From an uncultured bacterium (lineage in GTDB: Bacteria; Chlamydiota; Chlamydiia; Chlamydiales; SM23-39), in contig CAYWKW010000003.1 in assembly GCA_964458995.1 (NCBI GenBank), positions 1 to 41,785 of the forward strand: a stretch of DNA of 41,785 nucleotides, in the 5' to 3' direction. Below are positions 15,351-25,392 of this stretch, piece by piece. The notes beneath the pieces are model-generated. The model was not told the origin of the DNA. It made no database searches and saw only the letters and a program-made list of their open reading frames with translations. A program made the position numbers and the translations under genes. Position 1 is the stretch's first letter, and each line of letters starts with the position of its first letter.

Positions 15351-16814
15351 TCAAGAAATCCGATAATGGCAGCCTAAAGAATGTTTATTGCGAGAGGCGC
15401 CTTGCGTGATGAGGAGGGCTGTTAGGATGCCGTTACGAAGGCCGATCAGTTCGTTGGTGAGGGCCCCCCGTTCATAAAAAGAGTCGATTTCCCATTGGAG
15501 CTGCCGAAGCATTTTGAGGGCGCGGCGGAGGCGATGATGGTCGCGAACCAGGCCGACGTAATTCCACATGGTTTGTTTGATGGTCGTCCAATCTTGCCGA
15601 ATGAGGGCTGAATCGACTTTTTCTGGGCCCATTTGCCACTCTTCGACGGGAGGGAAATAGTCGGAGCGTTGCGGCCAATTTTTGAGGATGTCTTGCGCGG
15701 CTGTATAGCCCCAAACGAGCCCTTCGAGTAGCGAGGTGGAGGCGAGGCGGTTGGCGCCGTGAAGGCCGGTGCAGGAGACTTCGCCGATGGCGCGCAGGCG
15801 CTGAATAGTGGTGCGGCCGACGAGGTCAACGGCAATGCCTCCGCAGCTGTAGTGGGCTGCGGGGACGATGGGGACCGGTTCTGCGGCGAGATCGAACCCT
15901 TTTTGCAGACAATGGGCCGTGATGGCGGGAAAGCGGTCGAGAAGCCAGGGTTTGGGGCGAAATGTGATGTCGAGCCAAACGTGATCGGTGGAAGATTGGA
16001 GCATTTCGGAGAAAAGGGCGCGCGAGACGACGTCGCGCGGCGCGAGTTCGTCTGTGAAAGGCTGAAAACGGGCATTGAGGAGGCGGGCGCCCTCCCCGCG
16101 CAGCGCTTCAGAGAGTAAAAAGCGCCTCTCTCCGGGAATATAGAGCGATGTGGGATGGAATTGGACGTATTCCATATTCATGATGCGGGCGCCGGCGCGG
16201 TAGGCCATCGCAATTCCATCGCCGCGCGCTTCGGGTGGATTGGTGGAGTGGAGAAAGACTTCGCCGAGGCCGCCTGTGGCGAGGATCGTCTCTTTGGCAA
16301 AAACGAGTTCGACCTCTTTTCCGTCGAAAACATAGGCGCCGACGCATGTGGAAGGGAGGTAGATGTCGGTCCTTTTTTGGGAGTGGTGGGAGAGGGTGAT
16401 TAGGTCGACGGCGGTCTTTTTTTCGATGGGGACTTGAAGCGATTGCATGATCGCTTTGCCGGTTTGATCTTTGTGATGGAGAATGCGCCTGTTTGAATGG
16501 CCCCCTTCTTGCGTAAAGGAGAGAGCGCCGCCGGGTTTGCGATCGAAAGGGACCTGGTCTAAAAGCTCTTGTATGAGTTTGGGCCCCAAGCGAGTGAGTT
16601 GATCGACTGCTTCGGGGTTGCAAAAGCCAGCCCCCGCTTTGTGGATATCTTCGGCAAGCAGTTCGGGAGAGCCCACAATGCCGCCCTGCGCCCAGGCCGA
16701 ATTCGACTCGCCTGCAGAGAGCACGATCACATCGAGGCCCTGTCTGATCAGTTCGCGCGCGGCGGTTGCTCCTGCAATCCCAGCGCCTATAATTAAGATA
16801 TCGCATTTTCTCAT
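15351..16814 (-). CDS. nadB: L-aspartate oxidase
   Basis: IIGAGIAG, SAWAQGGI, EGGHS.RRILH, QFHPT, SEALRGEG, ELAPRDVV and GLHGANRLASTSLLEG motifs. Confidence 0.93.
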   Translation of the reverse strand: MRKCDILIIGAGIAGATAARELIRQGLDVIVLSAGESNSAWAQGGIVGSPELLAEDIHKAGAGFCNPEAVDQLTRLGPKLIQELLDQVPFDRKPGGALSFTQEGGHSNRRILHHKDQTGKAIMQSLQVPIEKKTAVDLITLSHHSQKRTDIYLPSTCVGAYVFDGKEVELVFAKETILATGGLGEVFLHSTNPPEARGDGIAMAYRAGARIMNMEYVQFHPTSLYIPGERRFLLSEALRGEGARLLNARFQPFTDELAPRDVVSRALFSEMLQSSTDHVWLDITFRPKPWLLDRFPAITAHCLQKGFDLAAEPVPIVPAAHYSCGGIAVDLVGRTTIQRLRAIGEVSCTGLHGANRLASTSLLEGLVWGYTAAQDILKNWPQRSDYFPPVEEWQMGPEKVDSALIRQDWTTIKQTMWNYVGLVRDHHRLRRALKMLRQLQWEIDSFYERGALTNELIGLRNGILTALLITQGASRNKHSLGCHYRIS

Positions 16815-16834
16815 CGACCTAGTATAATAGCACT

Positions 16835-17383
16835 ATGGAAAAGATATTTTCACCACATTTGACAGTGGCCCAAAACTATTGGAAGGAACGCCTCAAACCC
16901 AGCGATCTGGCGATTGATGCGACTTGCGGCAACGGGCACGATACGCTGTTTTTATCGGAGCTTTGCCAGGTGATTGGCATCGACATTCAGAATGAGGCGA
17001 TCGCTTCGACGGAGAGCCTATTGGCGAGACATCAGAAAAAGGCGATTTTGCACCGCCTTTGCCATAGTCAAATTGATACGCTTCCCCTCCCCCATCCCCC
17101 GCATCTCATCGTCTACAATTTGGGCTATCTGCCTGGAGGCAATAAAGCGCTCACAACAAAAGCCGAGCTCACCTTAACGAGCATCAAAAAGAGCTTGGAA
17201 ATGTTGGCGCCCGGCGGGGCTCTCTCGATCACTTGCTATCCCGGACATGATGAAGGGATGCGAGAAGAGACAGCTCTTTTAGAGTGGGCGTCGACATTGC
17301 CGAGTACTCGCTCTGTCCTCTATCACAAATGGCTGAACCGGCATCGATCGCCGACTCTCCTCTGGGTTCAAAATATTTCTTGA
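16835..17383 (+). CDS. Class I SAM-dependent methyltransferase (YtqB/MnmM-like RNA methylase)
   Basis: IDATCGNGHDTLFL, DIQ, YNLGYLPGGNK and YPGH.EG..E motifs. Confidence 0.88.
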   Translation: MEKIFSPHLTVAQNYWKERLKPSDLAIDATCGNGHDTLFLSELCQVIGIDIQNEAIASTESLLARHQKKAILHRLCHSQIDTLPLPHPPHLIVYNLGYLPGGNKALTTKAELTLTSIKKSLEMLAPGGALSITCYPGHDEGMREETALLEWASTLPSTRSVLYHKWLNRHRSPTLLWVQNIS

Positions 17384-17439
17384 TCTTGTATCATATTTAT
17401 GATACATTGTTCTCTTGATTTTTTTGGGGTTAATGAGCT

Positions 17440-17619
17440 ATGAAAGAGTTCATCGCTTATGAGGGAAACGAGTTTGTTATAGAGTGGTACTATGATCGTG
17501 CTGGGAAAAGTTCTTCTCTCGAATATTTCCTCGAGTTGGACCCAATGAGACAAGATAGAGCTTTATTGAAAAGGTTAGACTATGAGAAACGGGTCTATGA
17601 GGGTTCGTACTATGAATGA
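17440..17619 (+). pseudogene. RelE/ParE (Gp49-like) toxin with an in-frame internal deletion (59 aa)
   Basis: MKEFIAYEGNEFVIEWYYDRAGKSSSLEYFLELDPMRQ|DRALLKRLDYEKRVYEGSYYE*. The N- and C-termini fit this toxin family but the central core is absent. It overlaps the start of the HTH gene. Confidence 0.6.
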
Positions 17620-17962
17620 AAAACCTATTTCCACATTTGACCGCATTATGAAGGATCAGAAGCGCCGTTTTAAATTTGAACAAGAATATCGAAAGTTTAT
17701 TCTCGTTGATATCTTAATCCCACTTTTAGAAAAATCCAAAATTTCAGTTAGGGCCCTAGCTCACGCGGCTGGCGTCTCTCCCACCATTATTCAGGATATT
17801 AAATCAGGGAAAAAAGAAGGAATTTCTTTTCCTACATTTATGTCAATCCTTGAAGCTTTAGGGTATTCTGCTACCATTCGCGTCGACAAAGAAAGAAGAT
17901 CTACAAGGAAAAGATCACAAACGCGAAGCCACATCCAAAGAAGAAAAAAGACTACAGTTTGA
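17612..17962 (+). CDS. HTH XRE-family antitoxin
   Basis: STFDRIMKD...FEQEY, ISVRALAHAAGVSPTIIQDIKSG. ATG at 17612 overlaps the end of the toxin remnant. Confidence 0.8.
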   Translation: MNEKPISTFDRIMKDQKRRFKFEQEYRKFILVDILIPLLEKSKISVRALAHAAGVSPTIIQDIKSGKKEGISFPTFMSILEALGYSATIRVDKERRSTRKRSQTRSHIQRRKKTTV

Positions 17963-18964
17963 AAATTGCTCTAAAATATAAAAGCTGCCGGCGATGATCC
18001 CCTCTTCGATCTGTTCGGGAGCAATCATGGGGAATCCGGGATACTCTTGACGAAGGCGCGGATTGCTGGATCGAATAAAGGCGATTTGCGTTGCGTGAGG
18101 CGCGATGATCTCAACGCACTTTTCCCAATCTTTGTCTTTTGAAAAGGCAAGGTAGAAGGGAAATTTGCGCGAGGGATAATGAAATTGGAGCGACTCGATG
18201 AGGCGCTCGAAGGCGGGAGGATTGTGGGCGACGTCAAAGAGGAGGGGGCCGATTTGCTGAAAACGGCAGGGAGGAGTGACCTCGAGTCCTCGGGTGGAAT
18301 GGATGCCGAGCTCTTGGAGCGCACGGAGGGCGATGGCCCGGTTTTCGAGTTCGTAGGTGGGCTGGGGCGGCACTTGGATGGCGGTGGGGAAAAAGGGCAT
18401 GGTTCCGGTGATGAGCGGAACGTTGGGTTTGATAATGCCCCCCTTTTCGCGGGCGATGGCTTCGAGCGTGTTGCCAAGAAGGGCGGTGTGATCGAAGCCA
18501 ATAGAGGTGATGATGGAGAGAATGGGCGTGATGATGTTGGTAGCGTCGAGTCTGCCGCCAAGCCCCACTTCAATGACAGCATAATCGACCTTTTCTTGAG
18601 CAAAATAGACAAAGGCCATGGCCGTAAGCACATCAAAAAATGAGAGGGAGCGGTCGAAAACGCGGGAGAGGATTTGTGCGGCGGTGGATTCGGGGATCAT
18701 CTCGTTGTTAATGCGGATGCGCTCCCGGTAGTTCCAAATGTGCGGCGAGGTATAGAGTCCCACTTTGCAGCCGAGATTTTGAAGGACGGCGGCTATTTTG
18801 GTGCAGACAGAGCCTTTGCCGTTGGTTCCAGCAACATGAATCGATTTAAACTGTTTGTGGGGATGGCCAAGGAGAGCGTCAAGATGTTGCATTTGAGAGA
18901 AGGTTTGGATGCCGCGGCCCGGGAGGGAAAAGAGTTTTTCGGACTCGGACTCGGACACGGTCAC
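17915..18964 (-). CDS. folC: Folylpolyglutamate synthase/dihydrofolate synthase
   Basis: IHVAGTNGKGS, YTSPH, ERIRIN, EVGLGGRLDATN, DHT..LG.T...IA.EK.GI and DVAHN motifs. Confidence 0.93.
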   Translation of the reverse strand: MTVSESESEKLFSLPGRGIQTFSQMQHLDALLGHPHKQFKSIHVAGTNGKGSVCTKIAAVLQNLGCKVGLYTSPHIWNYRERIRINNEMIPESTAAQILSRVFDRSLSFFDVLTAMAFVYFAQEKVDYAVIEVGLGGRLDATNIITPILSIITSIGFDHTALLGNTLEAIAREKGGIIKPNVPLITGTMPFFPTAIQVPPQPTYELENRAIALRALQELGIHSTRGLEVTPPCRFQQIGPLLFDVAHNPPAFERLIESLQFHYPSRKFPFYLAFSKDKDWEKCVEIIAPHATQIAFIRSSNPRLRQEYPGFPMIAPEQIEEGIIAGSFYILEQFSNCSLFSSLDVASRL

Positions 18965-19791
18965 GGACTCGGGGGTTGAAGGAGAGTTTCGAAGGTATGG
19001 AGGTTGACCCAGGAGCAGCCGAGAGGAAGGTGAGGTTTAAGGGCGCCGTGATAGTCGGAGCCGCCAGTGACGATGAGATTGCGTTCTTTGGCGATTTTAA
19101 TCCAGGGAAGTTCGAGCTCTTTGGCTAGAAGCGCGTAGTAACACTCGAGGCCGTCAAAGGGAAGATCGAGAAGTTTACGAAGGAAGGCCCCCTTTTTGTA
19201 GAAGTGGGGGTGGGCAAGAACGGCTTTTCCTTTGGCTTTGTGGATCTGATCGATCACTTCCCGGGGCTGGTATTTAATGCCGGGGGCGTAACAGAGCCCC
19301 CTTTCGCGCAAGAAACGCTCAAAGGCTTCGCGCGTGGTTTGCACGTAGCCTTTTTTCACCATGAGCTGGGCTATGTGGGGCCGGCCAATCGTTCTCTCTG
19401 TGGCAAAGGCTTTGAGCTCCTCTTCGGAAATGGGCATTTTCCTCTGAGCCAATTTGTGCAAAATAGCCCGATTGCGCTCGGTGCGCCGGTGCTGCATCTG
19501 GACGAGAAAATCCTTGAAGTCGGTATCTGCGAGATCGTAGCCATAGCCGAGAATGTGGACGGCGATGTCGTCAAGTTCTGAGGAGACTTCAATGCCGGTT
19601 AAGAGGCGCACATTGAGGTTTTCTGCGTCGGCTATCAGTTCGGGGGTGTAGGCGTCCATGGTGTCGTGGTCGGTGATGGAGAGGCCTTGAAGACCCATCT
19701 GTTTGGCGAGGCGCAATAGAACTTGCGGATGGTCGGAACCATCAGAGCAGATGGTGTGGCAATGGAGATCAGCGCGGAACTCAAGTTGCAT
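18961..19791 (-). CDS. PHP-domain phosphoesterase (TrpH/YciV-like)
   Basis: DLHCHT..SDG, ITDHD, GIEVS, GRPHIA, LAHP and GGSDYHG motifs. Confidence 0.92.
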   Translation of the reverse strand: MQLEFRADLHCHTICSDGSDHPQVLLRLAKQMGLQGLSITDHDTMDAYTPELIADAENLNVRLLTGIEVSSELDDIAVHILGYGYDLADTDFKDFLVQMQHRRTERNRAILHKLAQRKMPISEEELKAFATERTIGRPHIAQLMVKKGYVQTTREAFERFLRERGLCYAPGIKYQPREVIDQIHKAKGKAVLAHPHFYKKGAFLRKLLDLPFDGLECYYALLAKELELPWIKIAKERNLIVTGGSDYHGALKPHLPLGCSWVNLHTFETLLQPPSP

Positions 19792-20629
19792 TAATACTAT
19801 TGATTATGCGGATTTCAGGTTCGAGTTTGATTCCAGTTTGCTCGAAAACCTTTTCCTGCACAAGTTCAATTAGTTTCAACACGTCTTGGGAGGTTGCCGA
19901 TCCTTTGTTGACAATGAAGTTCGCATGGAGTTCTGAAACTTGGGCGCCGCCAATGGTTGTCCCTTTGAGGCCGGCTCGATCGATGAGGGCTCCGGCAGAT
20001 TTTCCGGGAGGATTGCGGAAGACACAGCCAGCGCTCTTGTCTTTGAGGGGCTGGGTTTTCATTCGGGTTTCAATGATTTGGAGCTGATTCTTGCGGGCTT
20101 CGGGAAGGGGCGTGAGGGAAAAAGTGGCCGATAGAATGGCCCCCTTCATTTTTTGGAAAGGAGAAGTGCGGTATCCAAATGCGAGCTCTTGCCGGGTGAA
20201 ATTGCGTTGAGTTCCATCAAAATAGAGGACCGACTTCAGGCTGTCGCAGGTTTCACGGCCGTTGGCGCCTGCATTCATAAAGACAGCGCCCCCAACGGTG
20301 GCCGGAATTCCCGAGGCAAACTCGAGGCCCGAGAGGCCTTTGCGGGCCGATTGAATGCCAAGGAGCGAAAAGGGGTAGCCGGAACCGGCGGTCACTTCAT
20401 GCTCTTGCCAGTGGCAAAAATCGATTTTGTTGAGAATCACAAGGCCATCGAATCCTCTCGTATCGAACAGGCAATTGGAGCCTTTGCCAATGATGAAGTA
20501 GGGAAGGCCTAAAGAGAGAGCTTCGATCATCTCCTCGACTGTATGCACTTCGACAAAGGTTCGGATGGGACCGCCGATGCCAAAGGTTGAAAATTCAGAC
20601 AGGGATCGGTTGTTCTGTAGCTGGAGCAT
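19781..20629 (-). CDS. murB: UDP-N-acetylenolpyruvoylglucosamine reductase
   Basis: [48 protein letters not shown] and LEPE motifs. Confidence 0.96.
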   Translation of the reverse strand: MLQLQNNRSLSEFSTFGIGGPIRTFVEVHTVEEMIEALSLGLPYFIIGKGSNCLFDTRGFDGLVILNKIDFCHWQEHEVTAGSGYPFSLLGIQSARKGLSGLEFASGIPATVGGAVFMNAGANGRETCDSLKSVLYFDGTQRNFTRQELAFGYRTSPFQKMKGAILSATFSLTPLPEARKNQLQIIETRMKTQPLKDKSAGCVFRNPPGKSAGALIDRAGLKGTTIGGAQVSELHANFIVNKGSATSQDVLKLIELVQEKVFEQTGIKLEPEIRIINSINAT

Positions 20630-21023
20630 TTTTTTTATAGACTCCGTCCAATATGGCGTTCACAAATTGAGAGCTTTCGGGGGTCCCAAACTTCCGGCAG
20701 AGGCGGATGGCTTCAGCGATGGCTACTTTAGGCGGGATCGAGGGGTCGAATGAGAGTTCAAAAAGCCCTAAGCGGAGGATGGCCTTCTCCACTTTGGAGA
20801 TGCGCTCGAAGGAGTACTCCGTGGAGGCTGCGGTAATTTGGGGGTCGATTTCGGGCAGTTTGGCGAGGATCTGGCGAACCCGTTCCTGGGCGTCGAGCAT
20901 GGCACGGCGGGTTGTTTTGAGCTCATGCATCATTAACGGGATAATCTCCTCATCATAGCCGAAATCATGGCTATAGAGAATCTGCAAAACGGCTTCTCGA
21001 AACTTCTGCGGAGGCAGTGCCAT
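20595..21023 (-). CDS. nusB: Transcription antitermination factor NusB
   Basis: REAVLQILY, VEKAILRL, VAIAEAIRL.RKFG and FVNAILD motifs. Confidence 0.95.
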   Translation of the reverse strand: MALPPQKFREAVLQILYSHDFGYDEEIIPLMMHELKTTRRAMLDAQERVRQILAKLPEIDPQITAASTEYSFERISKVEKAILRLGLFELSFDPSIPPKVAIAEAIRLCRKFGTPESSQFVNAILDGVYKKNAPATEQPIPV

Positions 21024-21079
21024 AGACCATCTTCTTGTTAATCCCGGGGACTATAGCAGAAGGGGCCCTTTCTCGCATA

Positions 21080-23575
21080 TCAAAAAATTATTTGATAAAT
21101 ACGGTTAAATATATTTTGAGGGACGTGGCTGGATAATTCTCTATCGAACTCTTGCCAGAAAGCACGATCAATGGCGTCTTCAATCCGATCATTATGGTGC
21201 TGATAATAATTGAGAAGGGTCGGTCGGGCTTCGGCGGGAGCTTCCCTTCCACCTTCATGCCAAATGGACCAACGGAGGGATTGAGCGTAATTGTATAGAT
21301 CCCGATCTTCCTTAGGGAGGGCGTCCAGCGCACGTTCTCTGCATTTCCACAGCATTTCCTGAAGCGGTGAAGGGGTGTCTGGCACTGTATTAGAGACAAA
21401 TTGATGCATATCGGCGACTGTGCGGCCGGTCTGCTCGAACCGTTTTACCATGATCGCAAGGGCTTTGGCATTGATGGCGGATTGCCCCGAAAGACCCAAT
21501 CTTTGAGCCTGACTTCTCACTTCGTCTGGGTTCAAATTTTGAATGAATTTGCGGCTTGCCTCGCTGAGGGGTTCTTTGGCCCTTCTATGGGAGGAAAATC
21601 CTCTAAAATCGCTGAGTTTCCAAGGAAGGGTAGTATCCATATCAATTTGAACGAGGTGAGGATCCCCTCTCTCATCTTTCCTAATGAGATAATTATCTGC
21701 ATGTCCATCTTGGTTGTAGACAAGAAAATTCGTGATGCAGGCCAATTGGAATTCACCTAGTGGAATGCGATCTAACACGGGATTTGTATCAAAGTCGCTT
21801 GCTGCTGCAGGAAAATGTGCATCAGGTTGCTTTGGCTCTATTACAGTGAAAAATTCTTCAGCTGCTGGATGGCTGTGCGCCAAAGGCTCAGAAAACTCAA
21901 CCCATTCTTGTATCAAGCCGCTGACTTTCTGCCCCGATATTTCGAGCTCAGCGATCGCCGAGGCGGGGAGTCGCGGGTTTAATATTTTTGCAAAGACTTC
22001 TCTCTGGTTTTTTTTACCTTGTTTAAATCCGCTTAGACGATTGAAATGGATGTCATCTTCACTGGGCTGAATTGCAGTTTCGGGTTTAAAGATGGCAACC
22101 GTTCGGCCATCGATATCTTTAACAAGGTGGGTACGCCCTCCGGGATTAAGCTCAACTCTTCCCCCCTCCTTCAAAACCTGGTTCACTCTTTGAATCAAGT
22201 TCACACTTTCTTCATATACGCTTTGAAATGCAACTCTTTGATTTTCAACTTCTGGCTTAAATGGAGCTCGGGTCCGTTTGCCAATGACTTTCCAGTTCTC
22301 ATTCGGGTCGATCATCGCAGGATGTACGCAGGGTTGGTCTTGGGAAAACCATTGTTCACACACATCGTAGGCGTGCCAATCTCCAGGCATAATCACTCTT
22401 TTGCTGGGATCTTGTCCAAGGAAAGCAGCCATGTAACTAAATGAACTATTTGGAATGATATAGTTTTTGCACATCCACATTAGGTAAAAATCTTCATAGC
22501 TTTTTTGACCGTCAATAAAAGTAATATTTTTTAAACCTCTAAAGGCCGGCATGTTTCTAGCAAATGGGATATCATTGCTAAAAATGACAAAGTGATGTTT
22601 TTCGGGATCGAATTCTTTTACTGCTTTCTCATAATAATCTGAATTATCAGCCAAGTTGTTATAAACGAGATGCCCATCTGAAGTCTTAAAGTCGAGATAA
22701 TCTCCCCTGCGAACATGAATAGCAACCGTATTTCTATCGATAAAGGAAGAGTGCCGCGCTCTTAAAGAAGCAACCATTTCGGGAGTTGGAGCGAAAATCT
22801 CAGCGAGTTCTTTTTGCCGGTGTCTAAATTTATCTGGCAATAGAAAAGCTCCCACAAAACTGACAGATTTCGGATTTTCTTTAGAAAGAAAGCTACCATC
22901 GAAAGTTTCGTGAAAGACGGGTAAATTGGGGGGCATAGGACCGTTAAAACGCTGGAGATTCCTGAGAATTGGGCTACGATCATTTGTGTGATCCACGATC
23001 GCATCTGGGAAAACCGCTTCTGCACCCGTATCCATAGCGTAGGCAAGAATAGTGGAAGTTTTGGCTAGTTGATTACCGACTCCAGCACCCAAAGGTCCAG
23101 TGACAAGCACCCCGCTGCGCGGATTCAAGCCAAATGCGAAACTAAAATATAAAGGCAAAAGGAAAAGACCCGCCCCTTTCATTCTATATGAAGGTAGAGA
23201 AACAGGGTGGTCCGATGGGGGTTTCATCATAGAGCGCAAAGGATCGTGAGATAGAGCCGTCTGCATCGCTCTTTGCGCTTTTTCAATTAAAACTCGAGGT
23301 TCAGATTTGAATATCCAACTTTTTGGAATCCGCCTGGAAATCAGATCGATCCGTTGGCTTGCCCTTTCGAGCCATCTTCTGTCTACTAAGACATTCTGTT
23401 GAATCCCCTTTTGCAACGCCTCGACTTTGAAGCACAGCCGTTTCAATTGTCCAAGCCATTGCTCCCCTTTTTTAGGAGACAGCGGCTGCTCTTTTCGCAG
23501 CAATTTGAATTGATTGGTGGAATCTGCGATCTCCTGCGCAAGCCTGGAGGGGCATTTAAAATTAATTGTTGTCAT
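21080..23575 (-). CDS. GT11 (alpha-1,2-fucosyltransferase-like) plus PI3/PI4-kinase-like fusion protein
   Basis: GT11 motifs GVGNQL, AIHVRRGDY, FVIFSND and IIPNSSFS are followed by kinase motifs VAIFKP, REV, GLIQEWV, NQDGHADNYL and QID. One hydrophobic segment near aa 135-150. Confidence 0.8.
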   Translation of the reverse strand: MTTINFKCPSRLAQEIADSTNQFKLLRKEQPLSPKKGEQWLGQLKRLCFKVEALQKGIQQNVLVDRRWLERASQRIDLISRRIPKSWIFKSEPRVLIEKAQRAMQTALSHDPLRSMMKPPSDHPVSLPSYRMKGAGLFLLPLYFSFAFGLNPRSGVLVTGPLGAGVGNQLAKTSTILAYAMDTGAEAVFPDAIVDHTNDRSPILRNLQRFNGPMPPNLPVFHETFDGSFLSKENPKSVSFVGAFLLPDKFRHRQKELAEIFAPTPEMVASLRARHSSFIDRNTVAIHVRRGDYLDFKTSDGHLVYNNLADNSDYYEKAVKEFDPEKHHFVIFSNDIPFARNMPAFRGLKNITFIDGQKSYEDFYLMWMCKNYIIPNSSFSYMAAFLGQDPSKRVIMPGDWHAYDVCEQWFSQDQPCVHPAMIDPNENWKVIGKRTRAPFKPEVENQRVAFQSVYEESVNLIQRVNQVLKEGGRVELNPGGRTHLVKDIDGRTVAIFKPETAIQPSEDDIHFNRLSGFKQGKKNQREVFAKILNPRLPASAIAELEISGQKVSGLIQEWVEFSEPLAHSHPAAEEFFTVIEPKQPDAHFPAAASDFDTNPVLDRIPLGEFQLACITNFLVYNQDGHADNYLIRKDERGDPHLVQIDMDTTLPWKLSDFRGFSSHRRAKEPLSEASRKFIQNLNPDEVRSQAQRLGLSGQSAINAKALAIMVKRFEQTGRTVADMHQFVSNTVPDTPSPLQEMLWKCRERALDALPKEDRDLYNYAQSLRWSIWHEGGREAPAEARPTLLNYYQHHNDRIEDAIDRAFWQEFDRELSSHVPQNIFNRIYQIIF

Positions 23576-23676
23576 ATTAGCATCTATTGTTTTATTTCTA
23601 TAGTATACAAATTTATTTAGTTTAAAGCAATCATAAAATACACTATAATATTATAATTAATTAAATATTACAACTT

Positions 23677-25392
23677 ATGACAACTTTAGTTACCGAATAC
23701 CTTTCGAATTCTGAATTAGGTCCCGTAGTCTTTGGCATGGGAATGACGGCAACGGGAGCCCTAGACATGGTGGAAGGAAATCTTTCCAGTGGGTCTGTAA
23801 AAACCCTTTTAGGGATGACGGCTACCAATATCGGGACAATGGGTCATTCGGAACCCATGCGCGATGATATTATCAAGGCAAATATTGTAGCTGGAACTGG
23901 CACCGCTGCCGTGTTTGGAATCACAAACTTTTGCTCCGGACTCTACAATCGCCGGCTTAAACAGGCTGGGAAGGGGCTCCTTCAAGCCGCTGTAGGATTC
24001 GCAGGCAGTTATCTAGCTTGTTGCGTCTCCTCTCGATCTTTGGCCCTTCTAGGTCAAACGTTTTCTGTGGGTTGTTACTCAGCTTGTATTGCAACAAGTG
24101 GATTGCGCGATCTCGCTAGAGGTAATTTCAAGAAAGGGCTTGCGAAAACAGCCTTCGGTCTTAGTGGAGTCGCTATAGCTGGCTTTGCGGCTTATCGCGA
24201 ATTAAATCCTTCAGAACCTAAAATTCACCCTATAGTTGATGGCTATTCTGATCTAGATGAACGATTTTGCTTTAATCCCGACTTCGAGGCCAACCCCCAT
24301 TGTGAAGAGATCCCTTTTCAAAAAGATCGAGAGATCCTCATTGGATCCACGTATGTTCCTAGTGCAGATCCTGCACGAGGCGAATATGCAAGGCTTGTAG
24401 ACAGCAATCACGCTGAATATGCGAGAAAATGGAATCTCACGCATGTGGTTGGAAACGATCCCCGTTTGCTCGACAGGACCTGTTTTGCTGCAAATGGCAC
24501 TGTTGCCAACGGACGAATCGTTGATGGAGAACTTGTGAGGTGTTCTGACTACTGGCAAAAAGTTCCCGAAATGCTTAGATGGTTAAAAGACCCCAATGTT
24601 CCTATGGGGGCAGAAAGATGGCTTATCGATGATGATATGCCTATTACAAACATGGCGATCAATCCATACAAAGTTTTTGATCAATTAGCAGGTGGGACTA
24701 AACCTTCCCTTATTCTCTCTCAAGATTCTGCCAACTGGCTTGATAATAATTTCCCGACAACTAGCGGGACAGGAAAGAACGACCCCCGATTTGCATTGAA
24801 TGGAGGATTATGGTTCCTTCGCAAATCTGAAGAAGCGACCCGATATCTGGAAGAAGTATGGGAAACGCGCAATATCGTGCATAATTTGTACGACTCAAAA
24901 TGCCCCACAAAAGGTCTCTGCATCAATCAGAATTGCCTCCATGAACAGGAAGGGGCGGCTCGAGTTTTAATCCATCAACCAAACTGGTTTGGACGCCATG
25001 TATTAGTCGTTCCTCAACGAGATGGCTCTTCTAAATCCAGAGGCCACCTTGCGATCAATACTTCCTATCGAAGTGGCTGCTTTGTCAAAGCTAATGAGCG
25101 AGGAAGCGTTCCTTTTGGATACCTCGGCGACCCGGAAGAGACTTTTTGGAGACCCGGAGATTTCATGGGACAGCCGAATGGAGTCCCCACTAAGGGCGTT
25201 GAGCTTCCTCCTCCACCTCATAGGCAATTTTGTTGGCACTTGAGAGATAATTTAAGTCTTCCTGAACGGCCGATTCGAAAAGATCGAATCCAGAGAATGA
25301 TCGATTTAACTTATAGCGTCAAAGGATGTGTCGCCGCCTGTATTAGAAAGATCTTTGAAATTAAAACAAACAGAGAATTTTCTTATGGTTAA
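23677..25392 (+). CDS. Hydrophobic N-terminal module plus GT34 (MNN10/GMA12-like) glycosyltransferase, paralogue 1
   Basis: NH..YARKW, YWQKV, WLIDDDMPITN (DxD), LNGGLWFLRKS and HEQ motifs; Gly/Ala-rich hydrophobic first ~175 aa. Confidence 0.75.
   Translation: MTTLVTEYLSNSELGPVVFGMGMTATGALDMVEGNLSSGSVKTLLGMTATNIGTMGHSEPMRDDIIKANIVAGTGTAAVFGITNFCSGLYNRRLKQAGKGLLQAAVGFAGSYLACCVSSRSLALLGQTFSVGCYSACIATSGLRDLARGNFKKGLAKTAFGLSGVAIAGFAAYRELNPSEPKIHPIVDGYSDLDERFCFNPDFEANPHCEEIPFQKDREILIGSTYVPSADPARGEYARLVDSNHAEYARKWNLTHVVGNDPRLLDRTCFAANGTVANGRIVDGELVRCSDYWQKVPEMLRWLKDPNVPMGAERWLIDDDMPITNMAINPYKVFDQLAGGTKPSLILSQDSANWLDNNFPTTSGTGKNDPRFALNGGLWFLRKSEEATRYLEEVWETRNIVHNLYDSKCPTKGLCINQNCLHEQEGAARVLIHQPNWFGRHVLVVPQRDGSSKSRGHLAINTSYRSGCFVKANERGSVPFGYLGDPEETFWRPGDFMGQPNGVPTKGVELPPPPHRQFCWHLRDNLSLPERPIRKDRIQRMIDLTYSVKGCVAACIRKIFEIKTNREFSYG

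Noticed and set aside
15446-16806. Long alternative-frame ORFs within nadB and similar ones in folC, pheS, cydAB and tolC
   Set aside because: These are GC-rich shadow frames of well-supported genes, with low-complexity translations.
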